Virus record (IMG/VR): IMGVR_UViG_3300036864_000252
Coordinates: 1-41,927 of that record
Length of the DNA: 41,927 nt
From: a virus
Lineage: Duplodnaviria; Caudoviricetes
Direction: 5' to 3' (one strand)
This document shows positions 26,967 through 35,890 of this stretch, in pieces (the first letter of the stretch is position 1; every line of letters starts with the position of its first letter). The translations under genes were made by a program, and so were the position numbers. Under the pieces are notes generated by a model. The model saw nothing but the letters and a program-made list of their open reading frames with translations, made no database searches and was not told where the DNA came from.

Positions 26967-27275
26967 GTGACTGAAAATACCACGAAACAATACCTTGAAG
27001 AGTTAGCCGAAACCGCGAAAGGATTGTCCGATTACAGCAACAGAGTCTACGGAATAGGCTGGCATAACCTCAGCAGTACTCCGGCTATTAGTTGCTACTT
27101 AGCTGATGCGAGAGACCACCGCGCAGTAAAAATTGACGGTATAGAGATAGACTTATTCGAGCCTGCTCAGTACACGCTGAAGCTTAATCACATCGGTAGA
27201 TTAGGCGAAATAGCTGAGTCCGCGCGGACAAAACTGAAAGAACTGGTAAACGAAGAAATGTCTACAAAGGTTTGA
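26967..27275 (+). CDS. Hypothetical protein
   Basis: 102 aa; AAGGAG RBS, GTG start. Confidence 0.65.
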   Translation: MTENTTKQYLEELAETAKGLSDYSNRVYGIGWHNLSSTPAISCYLADARDHRAVKIDGIEIDLFEPAQYTLKLNHIGRLGEIAESARTKLKELVNEEMSTKV

Positions 27276-27451
27276 CGTACTTTTACATCACTGGTAGATA
27301 TTGACGGTAAGAAGTGACAAAGGAACGCCGTGAGCTTGTATATAGTTCGTAGCGGCGGTAGCTATCTACGTGACATTCACTCAGTGAACTTACCAAGCAA
27401 GGAACCAACTTGGTGCAATGGGCTTACCGTCATTCACCTGCCAGTGATCAT

Positions 27452-27512
27452 GGGGAGCGACTAGGTAGAAATGGTTCAACACCATGTCCGGGTTCGAGTC
27501 CCGGCCTCCCCT
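27452..27512 (+). tRNA. tRNA-like element with reduced D-arm (possible CAA anticodon); pseudo-tRNA or mimic
   Basis: Acceptor GGGGAG/CTCCCC, canonical T-arm CCGGG-TTCGAGT-CCCGG, ATGG-TTCAACA-CCAT arm; only ~60 nt, no encoded CCA. Confidence 0.5.
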
Positions 27513-27536
27513 GTCCCTGTCTAGAAAGGAAGGTAA

Positions 27537-27782
27537 ATGATGAGCAAACATATCCTGGAATCCACCAAGAAGGATTTTGTTACATGGTTTAATGCACAAT
27601 CAAATGATATGCAGTATCAGCTCATGATTACACATCCTAGAGACAAAACTCAGATCGCCCGTTTTAGACGGCTCTACCTGAAAACGTTGAATAGTATCAA
27701 TTGGCAAAGGGTGATTAGCACACAACCCCAGCCCTCACGTTTTAGGGAATTTGTCCGGAAGTGCGAAGAGTTGGGGTTATGA
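27537..27782 (+). CDS. Hypothetical protein
   Basis: 81 aa; AGGAAGGT RBS. Confidence 0.6.
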   Translation: MMSKHILESTKKDFVTWFNAQSNDMQYQLMITHPRDKTQIARFRRLYLKTLNSINWQRVISTQPQPSRFREFVRKCEELGL

Positions 27783-28192
27783 GCTACGTCGCGTCACTTG
27801 AATTGTGCCGGGAGCTGTATGAGCTGAGCGGGTGGCAAGGCACAGGTGACTACTTTGGCGTTGAACAGAAGAAAGATATTGTAACAGAGAATCTTATTAT
27901 GCGGGGGAATCGTATAATCGTGGCTCCGGCCTATGATCTTGGTTACCTACTACGGAAGCTATGCAGACATAATCACTTTGTTGTAAATCTCATGGACCTT
28001 CAAAATAGGTGGGTTGCCGATGCGGGGGGATTTGGAACAGGACAAGCTGACACCCCCGAAGACGCCGCCTGCAAGCTTGCCATCGAACTGTTCAAACAAG
28101 GGGTTCTATCCCCACAACTTGACGATGCCGTTAACACACGCAACCTCAGTATAGTGCCTACTCAACCCCTAAAACAGGGGCCACCACTATGA
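27779..28192 (+). CDS. Hypothetical phage protein (ABA-sandwich-like)
   Basis: SLELCRELYELSGW...PAYDLGYLLRKL...DTPEDAACKLAIEL pattern. Confidence 0.6.
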   Translation: MSYVASLELCRELYELSGWQGTGDYFGVEQKKDIVTENLIMRGNRIIVAPAYDLGYLLRKLCRHNHFVVNLMDLQNRWVADAGGFGTGQADTPEDAACKLAIELFKQGVLSPQLDDAVNTRNLSIVPTQPLKQGPPL

Positions 28193-28608
28193 CCCATAAA
28201 GCTACATGCAAAACTTGTGGCGCACAAGGGCCGCCGTGGAATCACGTACCCAGTGTGCTAGACCCAAACGGTGTTGGCGACCCTGGCCACGCTAGGCCGT
28301 CTACCGATTCCATCAATGCAGACCTAGACACATTGGTTAGCGAACGTATTGAGTACAACGTAAAAGCAAACAAGGGCGAAGACGGGCTAATACTCGTAGA
28401 CTACGCAGAACTGCGTGACGACTTAGTCAAACACCTACAGGCCTACGCAGACAAACAAGCCCAAGCAAGGGAGGTTGCGGCACGTTTGGATGAAGCTAAG
28501 TACTGGGAATACAACATTATTCCAGCAGTGAGAAGTGCTCAGGTAGAAAAGGACGTACAGAAGCGCCTCGCCACCCTAACCCATCAGGAGAAAATACATG
28601 AATCTTAG
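28189..28608 (+). CDS. Hypothetical protein
   Basis: 139 aa; N-terminal CxxC; ATGA overlap. Confidence 0.6.
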   Translation: MTHKATCKTCGAQGPPWNHVPSVLDPNGVGDPGHARPSTDSINADLDTLVSERIEYNVKANKGEDGLILVDYAELRDDLVKHLQAYADKQAQAREVAARLDEAKYWEYNIIPAVRSAQVEKDVQKRLATLTHQEKIHES

Positions 28609-28683
28609 AAGGTGCCCAGACTGTGGACTTATCTCTAGATCTATATGGGCCAATATTAAGCACCAGATACGGAGTACTGAATT

Positions 28684-28968
28684 ATGACCAACAAACCAAC
28701 CTCATCTACGGAAACAGAAGACTTCGAATTACTCCAAATCCTAGCAGATTACTCAAATGACCTAGCGCAACTGGAAAAGCGTGATGGGGACTTGCCGGCT
28801 CAGGCAGCTGTTAAGCGCCTGAATCGGATTATACGGAATGCACGAGCGGACGAACTTGTCGAAACCTACAATAAGAATTTCATCCATTGGGGCGACAATA
28901 TGGACAAAGCTAAATTTGCAGTTAGTGAACGCATCTACCAGTTATCTAAAGAAGAGGTTAAATCATGA
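28684..28968 (+). CDS. Hypothetical protein
   Basis: 94 aa; GGAG RBS. Confidence 0.6.
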   Translation: MTNKPTSSTETEDFELLQILADYSNDLAQLEKRDGDLPAQAAVKRLNRIIRNARADELVETYNKNFIHWGDNMDKAKFAVSERIYQLSKEEVKS

Positions 28969-29123
28969 GCAAACTAAAGATAGACTGGGACGACCCGAAT
29001 ACTGAGAACAGCTTTGAGCCGCCTTTTGATGTCCCTGCCCTGTCCAACAAGCAGTCCGCCATAATTGCTGCAGGTATTTTAGTAATCACCCTTCTGGTAA
29101 TTATATGGAGGCTACAACAATGA
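28965..29123 (+). CDS. 52-aa single-TM protein
   Basis: GAGGT RBS; ATGA overlaps at both ends; AIIAAGILVITLLVIIW. Confidence 0.55.
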   Translation: MSKLKIDWDDPNTENSFEPPFDVPALSNKQSAIIAAGILVITLLVIIWRLQQ

Positions 29124-29317
29124 TAAACACCACGACCGTCCAAATATCCATTGAAGCAGCCGAGCGGCTTAAACGCCTGGCTGAGCTTCATAGCAAGAAG
29201 CTTGGCCTGCCCAAACGACTGAGTCAACGCGACTATGTTGAAATATTGATTGGCGAGGAGGAAAAACGTACGACTGAAATATTAGGGGAAAATGCAAAGA
29301 TTCTAAAAAAGGAGTAA
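29120..29317 (+). CDS. Ribbon-helix-helix-like DNA-binding protein
   Basis: TTTVQISIEAAERLKRLA...LSQRDYVEILI. Confidence 0.55.
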   Translation: MINTTTVQISIEAAERLKRLAELHSKKLGLPKRLSQRDYVEILIGEEEKRTTEILGENAKILKKE

Positions 29318-29423
29318 TTATGAAAATTATCAAAAACAAAAAACCAACAAAAAAGCCATACTGGGAGGAAATATTTGACGAGTGGTATGGTATAAAGTAA
29401 CCACCAACAATTAAGGAGCAACC

Positions 29424-29681
29424 ATGGGCGAACCACAGGCTACACGAGAACTAACCTTCGGCGAAAAAGCCGTCGGTATCACTTTCAATCCTTCAGGCGA
29501 CAAAGTGGTACATAAAGTGGTACATGAAACTAAGTACTACTTCGCAAAAACGATCGACCAAGTCCACGCCATACGCGAGCAATCCGACGATCCGGAAGTC
29601 AAGCGTATGTGCTCGGTGTCTATCACTGAACTTCAAACCGCCCAGATGTGGGCCGTCAAAGCTGCTACCTGGCAATCATAG
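29424..29681 (+). CDS. Acb2/Tad1-like helical-hairpin protein (putative immune-signal sponge)
   Basis: FNPSG...FA..ID...KR..SV.ITELQTAQMWAVKA.TW; AAGGAG RBS. Confidence 0.6.
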   Translation: MGEPQATRELTFGEKAVGITFNPSGDKVVHKVVHETKYYFAKTIDQVHAIREQSDDPEVKRMCSVSITELQTAQMWAVKAATWQS

Positions 29682-29708
29682 TCCCCTGCCCTTCCCCTGC
29701 TACCCTAT

Positions 29709-29742
29709 AAAGCCCCCTGTAACACCTTAGCAGGGGGCTTTT
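29709..29742 (+). terminator. Intrinsic terminator, possibly bidirectional
   Basis: AAAGCCCCCTG...CAGGGGGCTTTT. Confidence 0.8.
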
Positions 29743-29782
29743 CATGTTGACAGGGACTAACAGGCAAGGGCACTATACCCTC

Positions 29783-29866
29783 ATGACCATAGAAGGATTT
29801 ATATTACTCGCAACGATCATTACAGTCGCCACCTGGCTGCTCAGCAAGTGGATACAACGACATTGA
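29783..29866 (+). CDS. 27-aa hydrophobic peptide
   Basis: MTIEGFILLATIITVATWLLSKWIQRH; TTGACA-18-CACTAT 6 nt upstream. Confidence 0.45.
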   Translation: MTIEGFILLATIITVATWLLSKWIQRH

Positions 29867-29993
29867 TTGATACTGCCGGTACTTCCAATGCCCGGACGAA
29901 AAGAATCCGCGTACCAACCTCGTAAAGCCTATGGGGCTTGGTTTTGGGCAACGCTTCACTAAAGCTAATGTGATGGCCGACATCGTAACTCAT
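29841..29993 (-). CDS. 50-aa hypothetical protein, leaderless
   Basis: TGG-TACAAT ends 6 nt before ATG 29993. Confidence 0.4.
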   Translation of the reverse strand: MSYDVGHHISFSEALPKTKPHRLYEVGTRILFVRALEVPAVSINVVVSTC

Positions 29994-30023
29994 GCCCCCA
30001 TTGTACCACCAGGCAGCAAGAGC

Positions 30024-30052
30024 TTGACACTGCACGTAACTTCACATACAAT
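30024..30052 (+). promoter_or_regulatory. Sigma70-type promoter for the DNA-metabolism operon
   Basis: TTGACA-17bp-TACAAT. Confidence 0.8.
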
Positions 30053-30081
30053 GAAACTACACGTTAAACGAGACTTATGTT

Positions 30082-30381
30082 ATGACGTATATCCGCGTAG
30101 ATATCAAGATAAACGAGGCCAAGATTCGTGAAGAAGCAATTAAGTTCTACAGTAAGATCGAAACATACTGCAAACATCATTACCGTGAAGTATTTAACCA
30201 CGCCTGCGAGGTCGGTCAACGTCACGGTTCGGCGGCCGTCCTGGGCCGAATACATAAGCTCCTAGGACATACCCGTAGCAACTTGGAGGGTACCATCGCC
30301 TGCGATTGCAAGCGCCGGAGCTGCCCAGGCTATACACTATCTATACGAACCTTCACCAGAAAGCTAAAATCAGTTTCATGA
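30082..30381 (+). CDS. Hypothetical Cys/His-rich protein
   Basis: 99 aa; C..H, HAC, CDC...C. Confidence 0.55.
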   Translation: MTYIRVDIKINEAKIREEAIKFYSKIETYCKHHYREVFNHACEVGQRHGSAAVLGRIHKLLGHTRSNLEGTIACDCKRRSCPGYTLSIRTFTRKLKSVS

Positions 30382-31175
30382 AACAAGTGACGATCAACGG
30401 CACCAAGTACAAGCTCAGACAATGCGAGGTTGTTCGCTATGAGGATGAGTTTGGCCATAGCTACATGATCAACGGTGAGCCGGTAGCCGGCGTGACTACC
30501 TTGCTCAGTATGGGCACGCCAGCGGAGCAGGGACTGCTGGAGTATTTTAAACGTACTGATAAAGAGACCCAGGAAGCTATCCTGCTGGACGCTCAAGAGC
30601 GCGGCAGCAACGTCCATCAGTCGATCGAATTGCTGCTACTTGGCGAGCCGGTAGCCAGCAGTGCGTTGCGGCGCAAACGTGAAAAACTGGGCGTGGCATC
30701 TTTCGTGGATTTCTTCGAAAGAGTCAAGCCGACAAATATCGTAAGTGAACAGGTAGTAGCTTATCTATATGAAGATTACATGTTTGCCGGTACCTTGGAC
30801 TTTATTGCCACTATCAACGGCAAACGAATACTCATCGACTTCAAGACGAGCGCGACTCACTCGCGTAAGAACGAACTCCAGGTAGAGGCCTATAAAGCGG
30901 CCGTGGAACAGTCCAGTAACGAGAAAATCGATTACTGCTACGTGCTCTATCTTGGCACGACCCACAAAGGTACCAGAACTACTCTGGATAGCAATGATCT
31001 GCCCAGTACCGGAGCCGGCTGGAGTTTGGTGCGATCGACTGCTACATTCAAGGATTTCATATTGGCTTACCGGATGGCTCTGTTTATGAATAAGGGAATT
31101 TACCCGAAGCCACCTCAAGCTGTCGTGTTCCCGGACAAGTGGAAAATATTAGAACCTAAAAAGGAGACCAAGTGA
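30378..31175 (+). CDS. PD-(D/E)XK exonuclease (Cas4/RecB-like)
   Basis: GVTTLL, RGSNVH, SEQ.V, AGTLD, LIDFKTS, LQVEAY motifs; start at ATG 30378. Confidence 0.85.
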   Translation: MKQVTINGTKYKLRQCEVVRYEDEFGHSYMINGEPVAGVTTLLSMGTPAEQGLLEYFKRTDKETQEAILLDAQERGSNVHQSIELLLLGEPVASSALRRKREKLGVASFVDFFERVKPTNIVSEQVVAYLYEDYMFAGTLDFIATINGKRILIDFKTSATHSRKNELQVEAYKAAVEQSSNEKIDYCYVLYLGTTHKGTRTTLDSNDLPSTGAGWSLVRSTATFKDFILAYRMALFMNKGIYPKPPQAVVFPDKWKILEPKKETK

Positions 31176-31798
31176 TGGCCGAAAAAGACGCCCTCAGTTC
31201 ATTCGATTTCAGTAAAGTGACCAATGCAGGCTTATTCCTGAGGTTCCAACCTGGCGAATCGGTCACGGTACGGGTGCTCACCATCGATCCCATCATAGCT
31301 GAATCCGAATTTACCGATAAACGTACCGGTGAGGTAAGCATTAACACCCGAATCGCTTTTATCGTGTACAACTTTACCGATAATAAGGCCCAGATCATGC
31401 GGGTTACTCCGAATACTGCCCGAAAAATCGGCGAAATTCATACTGACCCAGATTTCGGGAGTAATATCAAAAAGCTGGACCTTAAGATAACGCCGCCCAA
31501 TAAGAATGAGGTCAAGGCCTACGACATCCAGGTACTTCCAAATGCTCGCTCTCTTACGAATGATCAGATAAGAGAAGCCCAAGCGATTGATCTGGACAAC
31601 GGCGTTGCTGACAGCAAAGGCCGGATGAGCCAATACAACCAAGATACGTCCGCCGGCAAAGTGGGTCAAAGTGGGTACGAGAAAGCCAAGGCTCAACACG
31701 ACAAGCTCGCCCAAAAAAACGAACCACCCGAGAACCCGGATGAAATATTTGATATGGGCGAAGAGCCTTTTGACCTGGATGAGTTGCCGCCCATGTAA
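31172..31798 (+). CDS. Putative ssDNA-binding/annealing protein
   Basis: FLRFQPGESVTVRVL...DLKIT...YDI.VLP OB-fold pattern and acidic aromatic tail EEPFDLDELPPM; follows the exonuclease. Confidence 0.65.
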   Translation: MMAEKDALSSFDFSKVTNAGLFLRFQPGESVTVRVLTIDPIIAESEFTDKRTGEVSINTRIAFIVYNFTDNKAQIMRVTPNTARKIGEIHTDPDFGSNIKKLDLKITPPNKNEVKAYDIQVLPNARSLTNDQIREAQAIDLDNGVADSKGRMSQYNQDTSAGKVGQSGYEKAKAQHDKLAQKNEPPENPDEIFDMGEEPFDLDELPPM

Positions 31799-31807
31799 AC
31801 TACCGTT

Positions 31808-32224
31808 ATGAAGTTCGATCTTGCCATACCACATGAATCAGCCCAGGCCCGCGTCTACTTTATGCGCCTGCTTAAGAGTAACTCACTGGTCGAAATCAAA
31901 CGATTCAGCCTTCAGCGAACCCTCAAACAAAACAGCTATCTGTATTTGCTCTTGAGCGCTTTTGGCGAACACTTCGGCTATACGCTAGAGGAAGCCAAAC
32001 AGATATATAAGCAGGAAATAAATCCGGTACTGTTTATGTACCAAAAAGGGGACTACGTTTTCTGGCGCAGCTCGGCCGACCTGACCATAGAGCAGATGAC
32101 TGAGAGCATCGAATCGCTGCGAGACTACTCAGAGTCTCTGGACTACCCGCTACCAACGCCAGATAACGGCCCCTGGCTGCGCCAGCTGGAAAACGCCATA
32201 GAACAATCTAAGAAATATTTATAG
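31808..32224 (+). CDS. NinB-like recombination protein
   Basis: RTLKQNSYLY...SSADLT.EQM...IE......LP. Confidence 0.7.
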   Translation: MKFDLAIPHESAQARVYFMRLLKSNSLVEIKRFSLQRTLKQNSYLYLLLSAFGEHFGYTLEEAKQIYKQEINPVLFMYQKGDYVFWRSSADLTIEQMTESIESLRDYSESLDYPLPTPDNGPWLRQLENAIEQSKKYL

Positions 32225-32237
32225 AAAGGGAACTGTC

Positions 32238-32510
32238 ATGCCGCGCCACATTAATCCACCAAAAACTATTGCTGAACGTGGCGGCCTTAAAGTTCACTTG
32301 GATGAAACAGCCAATTACCACAATGGACTGCGTTATCGGGATTTTGTAAATCGTATCAATCCCAAACGAAAACACAAGGTCCCTAAAGCAGTTATTGCTG
32401 AAGACTTTGATGTCAGCTCACGCACGGTTTATGCCTGGATACGTATATACAACGCTGAGCAGGCTACTTCCCGCCCATCTGAGACAACCCGGGAAACTGA
32501 GGCAGCGTGA
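32238..32510 (+). CDS. Helix-turn-helix DNA-binding protein
   Basis: PKAVIAEDFDVSSRTVYAWI. Confidence 0.7.
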   Translation: MPRHINPPKTIAERGGLKVHLDETANYHNGLRYRDFVNRINPKRKHKVPKAVIAEDFDVSSRTVYAWIRIYNAEQATSRPSETTRETEAA

Positions 32511-32946
32511 AGGGTTCGGATACGGTTGGTACTACTGGATCAGCAGCGGTAGTCATAGTTCTTTCCTCGGTACTTTTAATCTGTTCCAGGGCTTGCCAGT
32601 AAGGTTTAAGCGTTTTTTCCAGCTTCGCGCCTACAGGGCTCACCATAAAACGATGAATGAAGAAAGCGGCAGTTAGCAAGAAGGTGAACTCTTTGGGAAT
32701 ATTCTGCGCAGTAACAGGATCAATCAAGTAGTTCACTAGGGTGCCCAAGCTGGTAAGAATGCTCAGGATCACCGCTATAATCCGCGGACCATCAAGTTTG
32801 GCAAACGTCTTTTCGTCGAGCTTAAAATGACGCTTCAACCACTGCAGAAGTATTGAAATACCCAAACCACCGGCTGAGTAAGCGACAATTGCATGCCAAT
32901 GATTGGCTCCGTACGTCGCAGCATTTTGTACATCCATAATCGTCAT
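32464..32946 (-). CDS. Holin-like membrane protein
   Basis: 160 aa; three hydrophobic segments; AGGAGGAG RBS; directly after the CHAP-like gene. Confidence 0.6.
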   Translation of the reverse strand: MTIMDVQNAATYGANHWHAIVAYSAGGLGISILLQWLKRHFKLDEKTFAKLDGPRIIAVILSILTSLGTLVNYLIDPVTAQNIPKEFTFLLTAAFFIHRFMVSPVGAKLEKTLKPYWQALEQIKSTEERTMTTAADPVVPTVSEPFTLPQFPGLSQMGGK

Positions 32947-32958
32947 GATGAACTCCTC

Positions 32959-34350
32959 CTATGTTTTTGTTTTTATGATGTCAAAGACCTTTTTTGGGTT
33001 TTGGAGTACTAAGGCCAGTTTAGCACGTTTGCCAAGTTCCGGCGTAATGTCTAGTACTGGAGGCTCCGTGGGCTGCTCTATCTCCCGTTCCGACGTAAGG
33101 TTGGACTTACGCACTCCGAACCAGGAAAAACGCTCTGCCGCGTCCCAGGGACGGCCGTAGATCTCACCGTCCGGGCCGGTGAACCAGCCGCCGATAAGAA
33201 TTGGCTGCTGCCGGTGAATAGGCAACTGATGGCCATGCTCGTAATCAACTACCCGATCATCTTCGATCGCAAAATAGTACTTGGAAGTTATATTGCCAAA
33301 CTTGTCACGAAAGGGTTTATAGGTCGTACGCCAATCTACTGGAGGTTTTTCTTCTAGATCATCTGGATTTATCCAGGTACTCATCGACTCGCCCAGGTTA
33401 AGCGTCACACTCAGCATGCCGTTCAGGCGTTTATATACAAAATACTTGCCCTCCCGGAGCGTACCGCTCTTATTGACACCATTCAGGGCATCACTCATGG
33501 CGGAGTATCTTGGAACATCAAAGGAAACTCGTATGGTATCGGTGGTTGATGGTCTCAAGAAGGGAGGAGCTATAGTGGTCACCTTCGGTTTGGATAAAAC
33601 AGCCGGCTTTTTTACAATCGTTTCGGGCTTTGCAGGCTTGCTTACCTCTTCACAGTCGCCAGCTATGTAGCCCTCGGCCCGGTTACTATCCGGCATATAG
33701 AAGACGCCACCAAAGCGATGCTTAGCCTTAGCCTTCAACGTCACGACCGTACCAGCGGCAGTTGTACTGATCAGGTTTTGATTAAACGACTCCCATGAAG
33801 CATCCTGGAGATTGTACAGCCCGGATGTCGATATGAGCTTTACAGTCGTTGGCGAAATAGTTTCTACCTCATACATATCACCCGGCGCTTCATCGGCAAT
33901 CGGAGTAGGCGTCAAGGTCTCACCTTCCAACACTGACCGGTTCTTCGGAGTATACCAACCCAGTACATACGACCAGTTGTGAGAGACTATATGAGCTGAC
34001 TTTCCTCCCCAATTAGCATCAAACCCTTGCCAATGGTAGGGGGACACACTGCGCACAAAGAGACTGGCGTGACCGTAGTTTGCAGAGCCGGGCAGAGAAG
34101 TGCTAAATATAACGATATCTCCTGATCGCGGAGCGGAATCCACGCCCTCTACAAATGCAACTTTTTCCCAGTACTCGAGAAAAGTATCATCAGAACCATC
34201 CCACCAGTCGGCAGCATTAGCCCACTGGAAGGGAAGCCCAATGAAGCGACACCACTCAGCTACAAGCTGAACTGACTGGCCGGCGGTGGCCGGTACGTTA
34301 TCGAAGCTGATTACCTTGCCTTCATTCTGAGCAATAAAGCTGTCGAGCAT
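32959..34350 (-). CDS. CHAP-like lysin with catalytic Cys replaced by Ser and a long C-terminal region
   Basis: GQSVQLV (cf. GQCVDL), NAADWW, PRSGDIVIF, YGHASLF, FDANW; start at ATG 34350 with AAGGA RBS. Confidence 0.7.
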   Translation of the reverse strand: MLDSFIAQNEGKVISFDNVPATAGQSVQLVAEWCRFIGLPFQWANAADWWDGSDDTFLEYWEKVAFVEGVDSAPRSGDIVIFSTSLPGSANYGHASLFVRSVSPYHWQGFDANWGGKSAHIVSHNWSYVLGWYTPKNRSVLEGETLTPTPIADEAPGDMYEVETISPTTVKLISTSGLYNLQDASWESFNQNLISTTAAGTVVTLKAKAKHRFGGVFYMPDSNRAEGYIAGDCEEVSKPAKPETIVKKPAVLSKPKVTTIAPPFLRPSTTDTIRVSFDVPRYSAMSDALNGVNKSGTLREGKYFVYKRLNGMLSVTLNLGESMSTWINPDDLEEKPPVDWRTTYKPFRDKFGNITSKYYFAIEDDRVVDYEHGHQLPIHRQQPILIGGWFTGPDGEIYGRPWDAAERFSWFGVRKSNLTSEREIEQPTEPPVLDITPELGKRAKLALVLQNPKKVFDIIKTKT

Positions 34351-34375
34351 TATGTAGTCCTTAACAAGGAGTATA

Positions 34376-35134
34376 TCACAGCGATTTTGTCTGATAGAAC
34401 CGCCGTTTGACGCTCTCAAAGTTCTGCCGATCCTGACCAAGCGCCCGCCGGCCGGCCGTCAGTGCCGTCTCCCGGCGGTACAGCTCCTCGCCGCGGGCCT
34501 CATCCTGTTTGCGGATCGCTTCAGCCGAGGTTTCGTACTCTTTAATGAGCCGCTGGGTTTTTTCAAGACGATCCTCAGCTTCACGGATTTTAGTGCGCAG
34601 TTCATCGCTGCGCGTCGTGAACGCCTGCTCAGCTTGCACCAGACGCTCTTCAACATGGGTAAGCTTTTGACCATCTTGTTCTATCTTCTGGTTTATAGTA
34701 CTGAGCTCAGCTTGCTTATCCGTCAAAATGGTAATGGTACTTTCAGCCTGCAACCTGAGCTCAGTCAGCTTTTCGCTCCGCTCCACCTTAGTAGTCCGAT
34801 AGTCCTCCTGAACCAATTCAAGCTTACGGGTCTGCTCATCCAAATTATGGAGCGATACTCCTTCTTGGATAGAGAGCTCTTTAACGCGCCGCTCGGATGA
34901 CTCAATACGACTTCTGAAGGCCTGTGCTTTCTGAGCGTATTCTTTCTCTAGAGATAACTGTTTTTTCTTGAAGCTGCGTCTCAGTGCCGCTACCTCACGA
35001 TCATGATCCCGCCGGGTAACTCTAATGGCTTCTTGCAATTCACCCAGCTCCTGTTGAGCAGCGCTGGTAACTTCGTTGATCCGGCGTAGCTGCTCCTCAG
35101 CGTCACTGAGCTGCAGGGACAGGCGATCCGGCAT
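34376..35134 (-). CDS. Long coiled-coil protein
   Basis: 252 aa; continuous E/Q/R/L heptads. Confidence 0.7.
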   Translation of the reverse strand: MPDRLSLQLSDAEEQLRRINEVTSAAQQELGELQEAIRVTRRDHDREVAALRRSFKKKQLSLEKEYAQKAQAFRSRIESSERRVKELSIQEGVSLHNLDEQTRKLELVQEDYRTTKVERSEKLTELRLQAESTITILTDKQAELSTINQKIEQDGQKLTHVEERLVQAEQAFTTRSDELRTKIREAEDRLEKTQRLIKEYETSAEAIRKQDEARGEELYRRETALTAGRRALGQDRQNFESVKRRFYQTKSL

Positions 35135-35834
35135 TGGTTTTCTTCTTTTCTACGGCTTTTGGTTTAGTATCAGCATTGGGTGCAGCCGACTCATTGCCTG
35201 GAAACTCATCTTGTAAATCGCTCAGCTCAGTATGTTGGGTCGCATTCGATAGTACCGCGGTAACCGGGCGTCCCGGATTACGCTTCTCGTACTCGTCCTT
35301 TTCAGTCGGCAAGGCGCTGAGCTCCTCTACTACACGCGGTTTAAAGTCACCGCCCAGGTGGTCGATTGCGGCCTGCTGCATCATCTGCGGCGTTACCTTA
35401 CCACGGAACACCATATCTATAAATTCTTCTTGGCGCTGGGGATCGTCAAAACCAAAATTCTTGATCTCCCGTTCATCCAGCGGGTGGAGCACAATACCGG
35501 TCTTCAGTACTGACGTCTGTTTGTATAAGGCTTCAATCATGATATAGGCGCAGGAGCCGGAGAGGATGTCGAACTCGCCCGGGCCGAGCCGCCAAACTCC
35601 CGGGTCGTCGCGTTCTACGATCTTGACGTTACTACCGTCTTCAATGGTATACCGCTCGTCGGATTCCTCCAGCCACTGCCACTCAATCTCCCGGTTGGTA
35701 ATATTGTGAACTTTAACAGTTTCAGTCGGCTTGAAGCGCTTTCGGATACGCTCTCCCATCGTAAGGGTGTTATCTACTTTCACCTTACCGTAGATTTGAG
35801 AATCACGTAATTTAGTTGCGTCCACTCGTGGCAT
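35103..35834 (-). CDS. Hypothetical protein
   Basis: 243 aa; AAGGAG RBS and TGT-TATACT upstream. Confidence 0.7.
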   Translation of the reverse strand: MPRVDATKLRDSQIYGKVKVDNTLTMGERIRKRFKPTETVKVHNITNREIEWQWLEESDERYTIEDGSNVKIVERDDPGVWRLGPGEFDILSGSCAYIMIEALYKQTSVLKTGIVLHPLDEREIKNFGFDDPQRQEEFIDMVFRGKVTPQMMQQAAIDHLGGDFKPRVVEELSALPTEKDEYEKRNPGRPVTAVLSNATQHTELSDLQDEFPGNESAAPNADTKPKAVEKKKTNAGSPVPAAQ

Positions 35835-35890
35835 GGGTTACTCCTTAAAATATAGGTGACTTCAGTATAACATGTGGTATAATATACACT

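Noticed and set aside
28324-28331. Additional TAGACAC occurrence
   Set aside because: Inside a CDS, with no -10 box or hairpin/U-tract; consistent with chance
30378-31175. Cas4 as part of a CRISPR-Cas system
   Set aside because: Stand-alone phage PD-(D/E)XK exonuclease beside SSB-like and NinB-like genes; no Fe-S cysteine cluster, other cas genes or array
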